The notes below the pieces were generated by a model, which saw only the letters and a list, made by a program, of their open reading frames with translations, searched no databases and was not told where the DNA came from. Shown piece after piece: positions 1 to 13,800 of a stretch of DNA of 64,000 nucleotides. The position numbers and the translations under genes were made by a program. The DNA is from Lingula anatina. Taxonomy: Eukaryota; Animalia; Brachiopoda. The stretch is from contig CM120649.1 in assembly GCA_051362555.1 (NCBI GenBank), positions 5,332,001 to 5,396,000 on the forward strand, in the 5' to 3' direction. Each line of letters opens with the position of its first letter. Positions within the stretch are counted from its first letter, which is position 1.

Positions 1-721
1 CACAATCAATTTGCAAAAAACGTCCTCTAGATAACTGTGCGTTTAGTAAAACTAGCACCGTAACAGCGATGCCTGGTTGTCATTAAGCTCTCAAACATGG
101 ATTACTTTATGGGCCCTGTGGAATTTTTCTACCCAGATTATTTTGTGGAAGTCTACCATATATGGGTTAAGGCACTCTGCTATGTGGCAGTATGGGTGGT
201 CTTTGTAAAGGGATCATTTAATTGCTGTTGCTGCTTCTATTTCATTTTTCAAATAATTCATGACACGAAGACAGTGGGTGCAGTTCATGAGCTTTAATGA
301 TGAGTACAATTTTAAAGGAAAATGTATGTAAACCAATAACATTACAGGTTATATAAATATATGATTTATCTTAATTGAAAACTTCCGTAACTTCAATTGT
401 TTGGTTGGATCTTCTTTAAATTTCAATTAAATATCTTATTTTTGTTGCTGTTTGGTAGTCTTATGTGGTCCAATATGGATCGTTTGAAGTAGTTTTTGAT
501 TCACGAATCATCAACCGATAAACTTTACTAATCTTCACAACCTTCACTGACACTGGTCTTCACTTCAGCAAAGCTGTAAAAGACAACCAAGCGTGATTTT
601 ACTGAACGCCCCTTTACACGGCATCGAATCGTTCTGTGGACTTTGTAACCGTACATAATTTCAGAATATATCACACTTACTGGAGAACCTAAGAACCTTG
701 TCGCTAAACTCTAGCACTTAC

Positions 722-776
722 CTGTTATTGCAATAAATTGGTCTACTAGCGAATTTCCTCCCTCTCGAGTCGCCAT
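722..776 (-). CDS. UBXN7: First coding exon of a UBA-like/UBX domain protein, most likely UBXN7; the gene continues beyond the left edge
   Basis: ATG at 776-774 in acaaATGG context. Reads MATREGGNSLVDQFIAIT-G, then the donor ACAG|GTAAGT (phase 1). Resembles the human UBXN7 N-terminus LIQQFTTITG (from memory). NSFL1C/p47 (LREFVAVTG) is the alternative. Only 18 codons are visible. Confidence 0.65.
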
Positions 777-1628
777 TTGTGTGGTGGGAAACGAAACCGA
801 GGTTTTTAAATCTATTTCAAGCCTTCTCGTAATAAAGAGCTCTCCTAGCAGTCAGAAAGTCACTACTTCACTGAGCGTTTGGCGTATATATTCGTTAAAG
901 GCTGTTTATATAGCAAAAAATGATTATCCCAGAAATTTCAACGCTTTTTCTTTTAAAACCAAGATGCACTTTATTCAAAATTATTTTAAAAATACGAACT
1001 AGAAAGATAACAGAACAAAATAGAGCTCAGTAGGCCTGCATGTAGGTCTAGTTTAGAATCATAAGTGAGTTTATAGATAAACTCTACATGAGACAAACAT
1101 CACCTACAAATGAATCATCAAGCACAGCACAATAAATTAAAACGCTTTTTTCCAATGGGGTCCTTCACGATTCAAGATGATAAGGTAAAGATGGTAAATA
1201 AATTTGGATCCAAAAGACGAGATAGATAAATAAAATTAAACCAATGATGTTATAAATGAGTGTAAAAATGATAAGCATTTAAAACAAATTTCATGCACAC
1301 ATTTAATAAAAACATTATTTTTTTCACCTATAAAGTGTGCCACAGAAAAAGAAAGAGAGAAAACTCCACTTAAAGTCTTTTAAATTATCCTTTTGTTTCA
1401 AATGTAGGCCTACACATAAAATCGCAGTTTTTCTATATTCCACTTAACGCCAGGAGGAAGCGTGTTAATCTGATTGAATTCAGCCAGTTTCTGTGGAGTT
1501 GGGTCGATCTACGTAGAAAGATAGTTGCGTTGGGAATTGGTATTTAGACTATGATTATGATATATATAGATTATGATGATTGCAAATGTTGCATGTTTCG
1601 CTGTCATCTGTGGGTCACATCGTTGACC

Positions 1629-1702
1629 GGGGGGAGGGGGGGGGGGGAAGGGGGGATTGGGGGGGATGGGGGGGGGGATTGGGGGATGATTGGGGGGGGG
1701 GG
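1629..1702 (+). repeat. G-run cluster (G-quadruplex potential)
   Basis: At least seven runs of 5-13 G separated by A/ATT-type spacers. Confidence 0.8.
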
Positions 1703-2401
1703 AATTTTACCTTTTTCATATAACTGAAAGTGGCTTCCTATACTGAAACAGCACAAATGGCATCTTTCGGTTTTACTTATTTGGATATTTTTCCACTTAA
1801 AATATTAAGTATGGCAATGCCATAGAATGGCACGTATAAAGGACAAGTTACAGGATCCTGAATCACAGGGGATTCTCATACAGAAAAACATATTACTCGG
1901 CCTATCCTTATCTTAAGGGTCCCCAACAAATAAAATCTTGCGTAATCCGGAAATTGTTATTGATTTTCAGACTGAAACCTTAGAACCAGTGTGTGACAAA
2001 GTTTCCATAGAAAGTTTCAGACAAAAGCTCTTTTGTGCTGGAGATTGCCGCGACAAAATACAATTATTTCAATTTCATTTCGTAAAAGTCACTAGGCACA
2101 TTGTGCGTGCTTGTGACATGTAACCAGGGTGAACCGAGAACGAACTTCCACTGTGATGCCGGTTCTTTTCAATAGAGGGAGCTGCAAGTACAGCACGAAA
2201 ACTGGCCTTTCCATAGAGCAGAGGAGAGGCGTTGTGCTAGGCTATCGATTTCAATACGTCTACGTTGATATTAATATTAAACAAATGGGGTACCCTCCAA
2301 TATAAATAAACTGTAAAAAAATTACTGTTAAATGTGACTGGTTTCTTTTAAAGAAAAAAAAATTAGAATATTTGAACGCGCGCGATCAGTAACATAAATC
2401 T

Positions 2402-2434
<33 letters not shown>

Positions 2435-2469
2435 GCATTAATAGCAAAAGACTAAACATATCTCAAATT

Positions 2470-2506
2470 AGCAATGAAAACCAAAACTCGGTTTAAATTC
2501 TTTATT
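2470..2506 (-). terminator. Probable ATP6AP2 polyadenylation signal
   Basis: AATAAA on the minus strand at 2506-2501, followed by a GT/T-rich element (GAGTTTTGGTTTTCATT) and preceded by TGTA motifs; implies a 3'UTR of about 2.25 kb. Confidence 0.6.
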
Positions 2507-2714
2507 GGCTTGTATACAAGGTAAGTACATGGTGATCAACAACATACACTACCCAATGTGCGAAGTTTACACATGCTGAACACCTTCTTTAACTGTACAC
2601 TGAATATTTTACATGGGATCCTCAATGGAATGTCTCAAGGAACCTTAACCTGAAATGTACATCAATACACTGAAACTGAAATAAACACTGGTAAGTCATA
2701 CGTGACCTGTCTTC

Positions 2715-2765
2715 TAGTGCCACCTAGTGTCTATACTTCAGTCACACACACTGTCATCTAGCGTC
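2715..2765 (-). promoter_or_regulatory. Two tandem CTCF-like motifs
   Basis: Minus strand GACGCTAGATGACAGT (2765-2750) and GACACTAGGTGGCACTA (2731-2715); same orientation, about 34 bp apart; resemble the CTCF core CCRCYAGRTGGCR. Confidence 0.45.
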
Positions 2766-3257
2766 TAACTTGCAATTTTCGTCATTCCTAGCACCACTTT
2801 CTAAGCGCTCTAGCATCGCAGCAACGTACAAGACATAAGCAGTATTGCACATTTAGAATACACTATTTACAAAAAAAAATTCACAACACCTTTTGATGTT
2901 TCATGAATAACAGCTAGGATAAATTTTAAATATTACCTCATTACAATCAAAATAATATTTGAAAGGGTCCTCCATTACCACGATTGACAATTGAAAATGA
3001 TACAGTGACCCTTTATGAACATGTAGTGAATTCCAAATCATGCCATTACTTAAACCTTATTGCAATCCCAAAACCTCGACCAAAATGTAATATTTCATTA
3101 AAGCTGCTGACAAAACTGTGCCCAGGCAATAATTATATATGGTAATAATAATAATAATAATAACCATGCTATTAGATACGTACGTCAACCTTTGTATCAC
3201 AGTTATTGCTTTTCAGTATTTGCTTTGTGTTAACTCATAAGTAGTGTACAATATATA

Positions 3258-3454
3258 GCCAGGGTTTCAGAGCGAAGGATTCGTATTCCTTTCACACACG
3301 CCCAATCGACTAAATGCACATGCCACAGCGGTCATCTGAATTTGATGTTGACTTAACTTCCCAAAGCCATGTCGCCGTCAGAACGACAAAACCCGGGGTA
3401 ACAACTGTAGATATACGCAACGATACTCGAACCTTAAAACTATGAAACCCTGGC
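3258..3454. mobile_element. MITE (~197 bp) inside the ATP6AP2 3'UTR
   Basis: TIRs GCCAGGGTTTCA...TGAAACCCTGGC; no clear TSD. Confidence 0.6.
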
Positions 3455-4744
3455 AATGAAAACCCCTCCCGCAGCCATTATAATTATGATCAACGCCAAT
3501 TGTTTTGATACCAGTGCACCTTGCCCCTACATGCGAGTGCTATTGCATTGTGCAACCACTGTGCTTATTTGATTAACATGATTGACTTAACATTAACGCA
3601 ACAAATAATCGTAATTCACTTTCAAACCATAGAAAAACTGAAGTATTTGCTAATATGTAGTTGGATTGCAAACATATTCCTTGATGCCCTTTGATTGACC
3701 AAAAACACCATCTTAACCCCATAACGAAGCTGATATTTTTTTTCGACTCATTTTTTTGTGCGAAACTAGATATAGGTGAAACTAGATATAGACTAGCGCT
3801 CTTATGTAATGATTTCTTACCTGGGCAGAGATTAAAGTACATATCATATAGTCGACTGCTATTTCCAAACTGGCAGACAAAAATTTCAAAGAAAACCGAA
3901 ATCGTTGCTGGGCCAGTTACTATCATCAAAAATGTGCAAACTTTTCTACAATCATCATCAACTTATACATATTTAAAAGTGAGACAAGCACACTTATATC
4001 ATTTGCTTACTTTTATCACCTGATATTTGCAGTAAGTAGACGACATTGAAAAATCATATATAATAGGAAGTTTCGAAATGTTTTGGGAAACTGGGATTGG
4101 GATCATTTATACAAAACACTCATGCGCTACTAGTGATTTGTCTTTGCCAAGTCGCCCGTAAAGTTTACCCAAAATTTTTAAAGAGAGATAATTGTTTATG
4201 GACCTTGAGACGAGAATTCGTTGGCTAATGAATGCTTCGTTAGGCAGATCCGCTTGTCGGTACACACACATGTACTGACGCTAGCAAAGTACGACATCTG
4301 AAATCTAGAACCATAGCCTCAAGATGCTGCCATATCTGTTCTGGACTAGTAAACACGTCACGCTCTGACCACGTGATACCAAGATATATGTTATGACGTA
4401 ATCCCATCGTGACGTGTTTGCTGCAGTAATGTAACGTCTTGGGTCATGTTCTTTCAATAAATAAATGTCCACATATTTTACATCCCTTTACAAACGTTTC
4501 CGTCTCCTCTTTAGTGAAACAAATTCATGCTGTCACCACGACAACAAGAAACAATTACAATTATCATTCCAAAAAATACTGATTTCTTTGCAATAACGCC
4601 TGACTCCCCCGTCCCTTGTCACGTTTAGACACATCAGAGAAGACAGTTATTACATCTCTCAACCAAAACCACCAGTCTGTTACTGTAGTTTCACTATGCC
4701 CCCGATCCACACCGATAGGTCTAAACGCGGCTAGGTCTCCCCGA

Positions 4745-4945
4745 TTATTCTTTCTTGATCCTGGTAGCGGTCATCCTGTAGATGATACTGTCCTTGCCGG
4801 GGTCCATGTAGATCATCGTGTACACGATGCCGTAGATGCCCAGGAAGAAGAAGATCATGAACCACACCCAGATGTTAAAGATGACCGGGAAGTTCTCGTC
4901 GTACACGCTGGCCAGGTTGTACTTCTCCTCCTCTGTTTCCCCGAC
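4745..4945 (-). CDS. ATP6AP2: ATP6AP2 last exon (YNLASVYDENFPVIFNI, TM helix, MDPGKDSIIYRMTATRIKKE*)
   Basis: Acceptor ttcctccttccag, TAA stop at 4747-4745; diagnostic renin-receptor C-terminal domain. Confidence 0.97.
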   Translation of the reverse strand, partial: VGETEEEKYNLASVYDENFPVIFNIWVWFMIFFFLGIYGIVYTMIYMDPGKDSIIYRMTATRIKKE

Positions 4946-7855
4946 CTGGAAGGAGGAAGTTTCGGGTTCAGTCCAACGAATATGTTTTCGTTGAAATTTC
5001 AACTTGGATAACGATTTACTTGCGTTTAACGTTCAGAGAAATAGGGAGCAAGCATCAGACCAACTCTTTGGGGCATTCTCGCTTAGTGCAATCAGTATAA
5101 TCAGATTAATATTGTCTGACACGCCTCCTCGAGCAGCTAAGGCAGTAATTATGCCGAGCGCACACGAAAGTTAATCGCTCCTTAGCTGGGGGAGGCATAT
5201 CATCCAGTTAAGCTGATTGCACTTAGCGATAGCTCCCGCAGAGTTGGGCCGATCCAACTAGTACATGTGTCGACGTGGAATGGCGTCATAGAGAAAGGAA
5301 AAGCCAAAAACGTTGCTACTTATTCAAAGGTGGTGTCCACAAACAGGGAAGTGCATTTCCAGTCTTTTATGCCGTATGTCTTTGTCTATCACTGGTTAGA
5401 AAATGTACTTTGCTAATGACCTTATAATCCCTATTAAAACTAAAAACAGATCGAATTCAAAACTGAAGAAACACCTATACTTCTGCAAAACAAACCTATC
5501 AGCAAAACATGCAGTGCCATTTGATAAAGGGCAAATGTTGTTAAGTGAGGTTTGCTCTTTCAACGACATTCCGGTTCGTTACAGACAGCAATTAATTTGA
5601 CAAAATGTTACACGTCTCTAGTCACAAGAAATACCACAAATAAAAAATAATAAATAGCTTCATCCCCTGGCGTTTAATTTCCTAATTTGATGCATTAACA
5701 CAAATTCCTGCGGTTAAATGCGGTTACACACCAGACAGTGGCAAATGTTTTTATCCTTTTATTTCTTTTCTTCATCCGACTGTTTGTTTTTAGTGTGTGT
5801 ATGTAGGTGTACTACAACACGAAATGTATCGAATTTCTCATACAAAGAGATGTATGCAAGGTGCGTCGAAGAAGTTTGCGTGCGCGTGTGAATACGTATC
5901 ACAGGGGAACACGTACCTGTAACAGTGCGCCACTGTTTTATGCTTCTGTCTCACTTAGTGTAAAGAGATACTTACGAGTATCGTGTGTAAAATCGATAGC
6001 ACGCACAACTTTGAGCGCATAAAATCACCCGTTTTTACAAGCACCGAACAGAATTGTTTTTAGACCTGCTCAAAACAGTCTCTCTCTCTCCCTCTCTCTC
6101 TCTCTCTTATTCTCTCCGGTTATGCGAACGTGCACCACAGTTTACCTGCGCACTCGAGACGCATACGTCGTAGATCTTACGAGCCATTTGCGTTTATCTG
6201 CGTATGGGCAAATGTTTTCACACGTTGGTGTTAAACGCCAGGTGTGACAAAGTCTTCACGATGCGTACAGTACCTGAGTTGCTAACAGAGATCTAGTCTT
6301 CCTAGCCAGAGCCTGGCGCAGACTTGGCAGAGTGACCACCTCCACCACCACGCTGTCTCTGTACAGCGCCTTGAAACGATCTGTCAACTGAAAAACACAA
6401 AACTCAAGTTCTAAACATGGTCACATTACATCTCAGCCGTAAGGCTTTATAACTTTAAATACATACAAAAATTAAAATCACTATGATAAAACAACGCCCT
6501 AATGTTTACAACCTTACTTTTCGTCTTGTCGAAATGAAATTGGTTGCATATAAGGTCGCATTCAGAACAGAGGACTAACTAGTCCACGGGACAAATATGG
6601 CCGACCCACTTGAATACTCCCCCCCACCCATCCCCCGGAATCTATTCCGTGTCTATTAGCCGATTTGACGACAAGCTTTTTAGTCGGTCGCCATATTTGG
6701 CCCGCGGACTAGTAAGTCTGCTGTTCTAAATGCAGCCCAAGGTCGGATGCGGCCACGAACTTTTTTGTTTCATAACACGCGGGTCTGAACAAACACGTAT
6801 GATGTTATTTTCAATAAGTGATACAGTTATTGATTTTTCGGCTTTCACGGCACGAACAAACACTTCATAACACAGTATATTTAGATTCCTGAACAAAATA
6901 AATCGAGGAAAATCGATATTGCGCGTCTCATGTCCAGAATGTAAAACTGTGCATCATGTTCTAGTACTTAACGACGACTATCGATTTCTGTCATCAGTTT
7001 TCGACGATCATTTAAAACATACACATCTTAAATTATGACTTAACAAAACATTTTTTATTTCTTTTTGTATTCTAGAATGAGCTTGGGCCAAGTTTGATAG
7101 GTTCGCCTGTCCTAGCAATGCAAGTCCGAGGTCCCTGTGGTCTGCACTGGTTAGGGTAAGCCGGCGTAGCGTGACAGAGAGTCCCCCATGATACAGTCCG
7201 CTTCCCATTCATTTGTACAGGTGAGCCTCGCCCTAGATTTTGACCCACTCAAGCTAACCTTATCTTTTATATCTAAATGGAAGGCAGACTTTCTGTTCCA
7301 CGGACACTCAGTTTCGTTACACAAGGAGTATCGAGGCAGGGGCAGTATATAGGACGAATGTCACCTGTACAAAGTACAAAATTAATGGGAAATGGGCCAC
7401 AGTTCCTAGCCGAGTAACATTCCTGCTGCACTAGCCAATAAATAAATAAATAAATAAAATTACCTGTTCCAAATACTTAGATATCAAGTGGGCCGCGTCT
7501 CTGGCCTGCTCGGACTGGTCACCATACTGGTCAACAACGGCCCGGTACCCGGACACGGCAAAACTGTAGAAGTCGGGAACGTTGTCCTGGATCTGGGCAG
7601 CATTCTTGGAAACCTGGAAATTGCAAGACGGTGGGTAGAAGATTTGTTAAAAACGACATCATTTTCTGATATTAATTTCCCCCGTATTCTTCTCTCTTCT
7701 TTCCCGTCTTAATATGGGTAATCCGCTCTGTACTTCATAACCTGATCTTAATGTAATGTAACTTGCGACTTAATGAGGTTTTATAAAGATGAAAATGTTT
7801 TGTAAAATATATGCAAAAAAGGGTTCTGATGCGGAATATCATTCCTGGTCACTTA

Positions 7856-7896
<41 letters not shown>

Positions 7897-10800
7897 GGAG
7901 AAAGTGAGGACTTCAATGCTGATAACAATACATCAATGAACCAGTTAAGGTGAAGTTTTTAATCACCTTGCTCATTATTTCTTCTATTAATTGCAGCTCA
8001 GAGAGGAGGGTGCGGTCAGCGTCGCGGCTACTGTTAAGGCTGCCCACTTCGTAGCGGTTAAGGAGAGAGGTTTTACCCGTCAGTAGTTGTCCTATCTTGT
8101 CTGCAGTTACTGGAAGATCTCGGAATATTTCCCCAGAAAGAGAGCGAAGATCGAATATCTGGAAAAAAAAGAGATTCCGTTTATTTGTTCTTCAGGCATC
8201 CGGTGATTATTTCTTGCTGCGTTAAAGGGCAGAATCAACACGCGACGCCTTGAAATATAACCTTCACAACAGTAATAAGGGAGACCAAGTTTAAGCAAAA
8301 CATAAAATTATGTTATTTTATTTGATGAAGTTTTGGGTTGAGTGGCATCACGTTAAAAACAATGTGGACAAATAAGAGCAAGTGAGATTATCTTCGAAAC
8401 CAATATGAAGCGTATTTTATGTTGATCAACATTGTTTACATCTTTCATATTTCGTGTTTATAGCATTTCAACTGCAGTAACAACTAAATCGTTACTCAAG
8501 ATCATGCAAATCAGCTTCTGATGGCAAGATACGGCCAGGATCCTATTATTCAAACACTGATCTAGTAATTGCATTCGGATAAAGTGATTTGAAAGAATAC
8601 AAAACGTGAAATCAACATTAGTCATCCTGGGAAAAATGAATAAAAACGCGATATAAGTGTGGTTAAGATGAGTATTTCGTGTCGACGTGTCGTTCTGATG
8701 CACACTAAAACTGAATCAGCATACAAATATTAAATAAAATACATTATCTCGCACACAGACAGCTTTTATATGGAGGAAGTTCAAACAAATAAAACACGTG
8801 AGGAATGACCAAAATAAGAATTAAACTTCATTTCATAAACGTGAGAATCCAAATAAAAATACCTATCGGATTCACATGATTTCATATCATATTAGGGCCA
8901 ACCAACGGTACGGATGTCACACACCCATCCACTCTATTGATTATGAAACTGAGCTGATCATGACGGTGACGTAGACAATTCTTTACCAGCGGAGCCGCAT
9001 CGAAGAAGTCTTAGGTAGACATATTCATCCCCTTAATAGGTTATATTTATCACAGTCCTCAGCAGGCGCCGCCATGTTTTATTTCAGTCGGATGTAAACA
9101 TTAGTTAAAGCTACAGTTTAAAAGCTATCTCATGCTTTCCCGTTTTTATCTTTATCAGTTTATTTGATTTATCACTTTTCAGAGGCGCTACGAAAACTAA
9201 AACGATGGGAATTGTAAGGGATACACCTCTAACAAATAAAGTCAAACTTTTAATGAATAGACGCAATTATTATTATTGCAATTATTGGTCAAAGCTGGAA
9301 GCTTTTTTTTTTCAGCCTGATCTAAACCCCTCAGAAAGCATTTCACAAAAAGAAAAATTAATAAACACGCGTAACAAGTTGCAACAAGCAAACCATTTTC
9401 ACACAGCTACTATCTCAAAATAAAATAAAAAGTTAAAATAGAGCTGGGAGTCATTACGAGGGCATGCTACACCGACGTGGCCCGTAGCGGGATTACGGAG
9501 ACAGAACATAGTACGATGCACGTGGTTATCACTCCTTGCAGCAATGGCCACAGGCGTTGAGGCCAACTGGTTCTGATATTCATTTATGTGTATATGCACT
9601 ACTCTTATTGTAATTTGTTTGTACATGCTCTCACAGTGGAGAAAGACACGTCATCACATAAAAAAGTCTACTTTGATCTCAAATAAACTTGAAGTCGTCC
9701 TCTTGAATGAGATATTGCGCTCTCTGTTATCATAAGAAATACATGGCTCATTTAAGACCACTACCTACATTAATTGAGCCACTACGAATCTTTATGGGTT
9801 TTCAGTTGGACACATCTTTGTTTAAACTTAAGACCGATTTTCGTTCGTCTTTCTTCTATTATTGTTTTTCTTATTTATATTATTGGAACCGGTGCGACAG
9901 GAATGGAAGTCCTACCGGTAGGAATGGAAGTTCAGGCTCCTATATGATTAATACAGGTTAGGATTAGTTGGAATATTGGGGTTAGTATATGGGACGAATG
10001 TCTCCTGTTCAAAGTAAAAGAAAGCAGACTACAGCCAGCGGACTTCCATTCCTGTTACACCGGTTGGACTTTCAGCTTGGCTTACATAGCCCTCTGGTGA
10101 AAAGACTCCCCCCCCCCCCAAAAAAAAAAAAAAAAAAAAAAAACCAGGAAGGTGGACATTTCACAAGTTCTGTTTGAGATGGTCATAATTACCGATTTAT
10201 CCGCTGAGAGGTCCACAATGAAGGGTCTCCTCTCTGGCGAGAAGCTGCTCTGTAAATTGTTGACTACACGCTCTGTGCTGTAGATAGGAAGATCCTGAAA
10301 CAAAGATGAGAAAAATTATTGCCAAATACTTCATTCCAAATTCATTTGTCTACCCTGCATATTTAAACATTAATCATCATTTCACATTAATCATCAGAGC
10401 ACTAGTAACTGATTTCTCAGAGTTCAGAGATTGGCAGTAGATAATTATAAGTTGTCATAATTTCGCCTGATATAACATACGTAGTGCTTACACCTTCTTT
10501 ACCATATCCCTATACTGTTATTATTTCTCTATGCTACAAATGTGAAGAGAAATAACCACCGATTCTGCTTAAAAATAAGCAACATGACAGTACTCAAAAT
10601 GCATAAATCCATGGCCAAAAGCCTTAATCACAACAGAATAGCGCCCGTAAGCACCGAGGGTCCTTCTTAAATACCCAGTAATGTAGGGGGTCAGTTGCTA
10701 GTGCTCTGAATCAGCTCCAATATGTGTCCTGTTTTTATATCAGTATGCACTACACATTATTCAACGACGGTCTTCATCTCCAAAACACTCCTCAATACAT

Positions 10801-13800
10801 CCAGCTATCATATCTTTAACATCAATACACTTTAAATCAACAAGCTGAGAAAAAAAAATTCAACCAGCATATTAAGTTAATGGATATATGTACAGTATCT
10901 TGTGACCTTCCTCTGACATGAGGGTAACAAAAACTACGGCAAGACTTAAACAATGCTTTTCCTTGGCAATTACTGTTATGACACAATATTATCTTTTAAT
11001 TCCATTATCATAGAAAGTAAAAAGCATATAGATGTCTGGTTGTAGATAACAGGAAGTCGGAGTTTATTTGATTTGGTCCTGTTTTTTAACACAGTTTCAG
11101 GGCCAAAATGCACTAGGAAAGCCTTCAAAAAGTTCTGCAGTAAGAGCCCTAAGTACATTTGCTGTGTTTGGAAAGGGGGAAAAGGGGGGGGGGGGGGAGT
11201 GTGTGCGTGAGAGAGAGAGGGGGGGATCAACCCAGCAAATACAAATCTCCCCATTTACGGAAATTGAAAAAAATCTTGAAAAGAAATAATAAATCTGTAG
11301 CCATTCTTTTTGAATAAAAACGAGTGTAATTCAAACCACCTTCTGAATTCATAGGTCTTACCTAGAGCAATGATTACATTACCATTTAACAGTTACTGTT
11401 ATTCAAATATAATAATAATAATAAACAAAATAATAAAATAATGAAATGATGAATATAGAAATAAAATAAACGAATATATAAAAAATACAATATCTAGTGC
11501 AATTTTTAAAAAAACTTTCCCTCCCCTTATATTTCCACTCCATACAAGCACACAAAAAACCCATAAAAGGCATTTTGCTCTATTCACACACATAAATTTT
11601 CCACACTTTCGAAGGGCACTGGTACAACAGCAACTACACCTATTAAATCATCAGTGTTAATCTCCTGTCTTCCCATTGCCATGGGAAAATATAGTCCATT
11701 AACCACTGTATTAGGTAATCATTAGTTTGTACCTAACTGCAGTCTAGCTAGGCACTCACTCATAGAATATTCCTATTTAAAACCCTTAGCTGAAACTTAA
11801 ACGAAGTCAGTCTTTAAGAATTGTAAATAAAAATCCTAATAAATAACTAAAAAACAAATTAAAAAGTAAAGTCAGAAGTGTCAATAAGTCATATTGTATC
11901 AACTTTAGCACAATCTCAAGATTTATGTATCATTTTGAACCTGGCACATATCTAAGTTTAATGCACAATCCTGTACCACAATAGAAAACTCTTCAAACCA
12001 CATTTTCGCTCCTTTTTCAAGATTTACCATTTTCAGACACTCACAACAATGTATTTTTTTTTTTTTTTTTTACATAAAACCAAACAACTTTTAGGAACTC
12101 CTGAATCTACATTTTACATATTATTACCAATGACATTTTTGGGAAAACTTTCAATTCCAGTTGTTGAAACAGATTTGAGTGATTACTATATCACCTGCCT
12201 AGCTTGATACCACACTAGTAAAGAAGTCTTACATTTTGTCCAGAAATCATGGATACAGCCAAGAAGACAAACAACATACGATGATGAAAATTATTAATAG
12301 AAGTCAGGAGCATATTGATGGCGGGAATAACAGAGGGGCTTCAGAAATCATAACTGCTAAATCTATTTCAAGATTTACCCCAGAAAGCAGACAAAACAAT
12401 GTGTGAACAAGGTCATATTAATCAAGTTGATAAACACATGTATTCCATCAGTTATTACTGTGCTAATCACCTGACTTGAGGGTCTCAAAGCAATGAGTCT
12501 GTGTAACACACACACACACAAAAAAAAAATAAATAAATAAACAAATAAAAAAAAAAAATAAATAAATTCTCATGTTATCAATTGACTGACATTATAACTA
12601 CCATCAGAAATACAGTCAACCTGGCAGTAAAAACATTGGCACCCAATGTGCACACTTCCCAGTATACATCTCTCATACTGACTTACTAAGTCTAGTGGTA
12701 CTTTGACTCCATGTTTGGTCTCTAGTGATGGTGAGTTCTCTGTGAACCCGTCCACTGCTATCAGCACATTGGCTTTGGGCCGTTTGAACAGGCTGCCCGC
12801 AGCAAGGCCTTGGAAGTTGAGATCCTGAAATGATTACCACGTGAAAGTACAAATATAGGGTTAGAATCAATTTATTAATCAATCCTTGGGACTCTGCCTT
12901 CTGACCTAACAATATGTTTTGGACACAAATTAATAAAAAACAAAAATAAACAAACAAACAATTAGGAAATACTTCCATTGAAGCAAAACAATATCTAGTA
13001 GCATCTGACAAAACTTGTAAATAAATATATGATTTTTTCTTCATTTCACAATAACGCATGTAACTCAAATTATTTGTAGCAGCACCTGGCTAAATGTTAC
13101 ATATGCTTTCATTAACATTGAGAGCTTTACATCCCAAACTATACAAATCCTAACATCCTAACAATCTATCCCCATTTCCAAGGACACCATTTATCTACAT
13201 GGGTCGATCCAACTCTGCAAGGACTCTCTCTGAGTGCAATTAGCTTAACCAAATGACACGTCTCTTCTTGTTTCCAACATACTCGTTATCAGCTTCTCTG
13301 TACTGAACTCAACACCAGGAGGCACGTCATTCAGTTAAGCTGATTGCACTCAGCCAGAGTCCCTGCAGAGTTGGATCGATCTACATAGATCAATGGTGTC
13401 TATGGGAACGGGGCCTATTTCTAGACACTGTATGACAATTGTCACATGCACCCAGTAAATACAAGCATAACTTTTACTGGCTGTTTTAATGTAAATGTTT
13501 GAAATCACCTCCACAGTGACTCAGCTTCCACAAAAACACTTAACTATTCCATATATTTATGCACTTGTTGACGCTAACTGCATTAACCTTGGCTTTACAC
13601 GAGCTACATGAAATAAAATAAATGATGCATAAATTATGCCAGCACTGTAAATAACATAGGTCAGTTTATATATATTTTATGCCACATAAGGTCATACAAA
13701 CTATATGAAGTGATATGATATAAAATAAAAATGAAAGTTGAGGATGAATCACTTCATGGATGCTCACAACTTCAGCTGTCCAAGCTAGGCACGGAATTAT

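Noticed and set aside
542-573. Second UBXN7 exon
   Set aside because: Would introduce an immediate stop, has a weak donor and does not resemble the expected UBA-like continuation.
4616-5011. 131-aa + strand ORF
   Set aside because: Antisense shadow of the GC3-rich last exon of ATP6AP2; the same applies to 7488-7712.
7129-7165. tRNA gene (A-box-like TGGTCTGCACTGGTTAGG)
   Set aside because: No B box or cloverleaf; at most a SINE head remnant.
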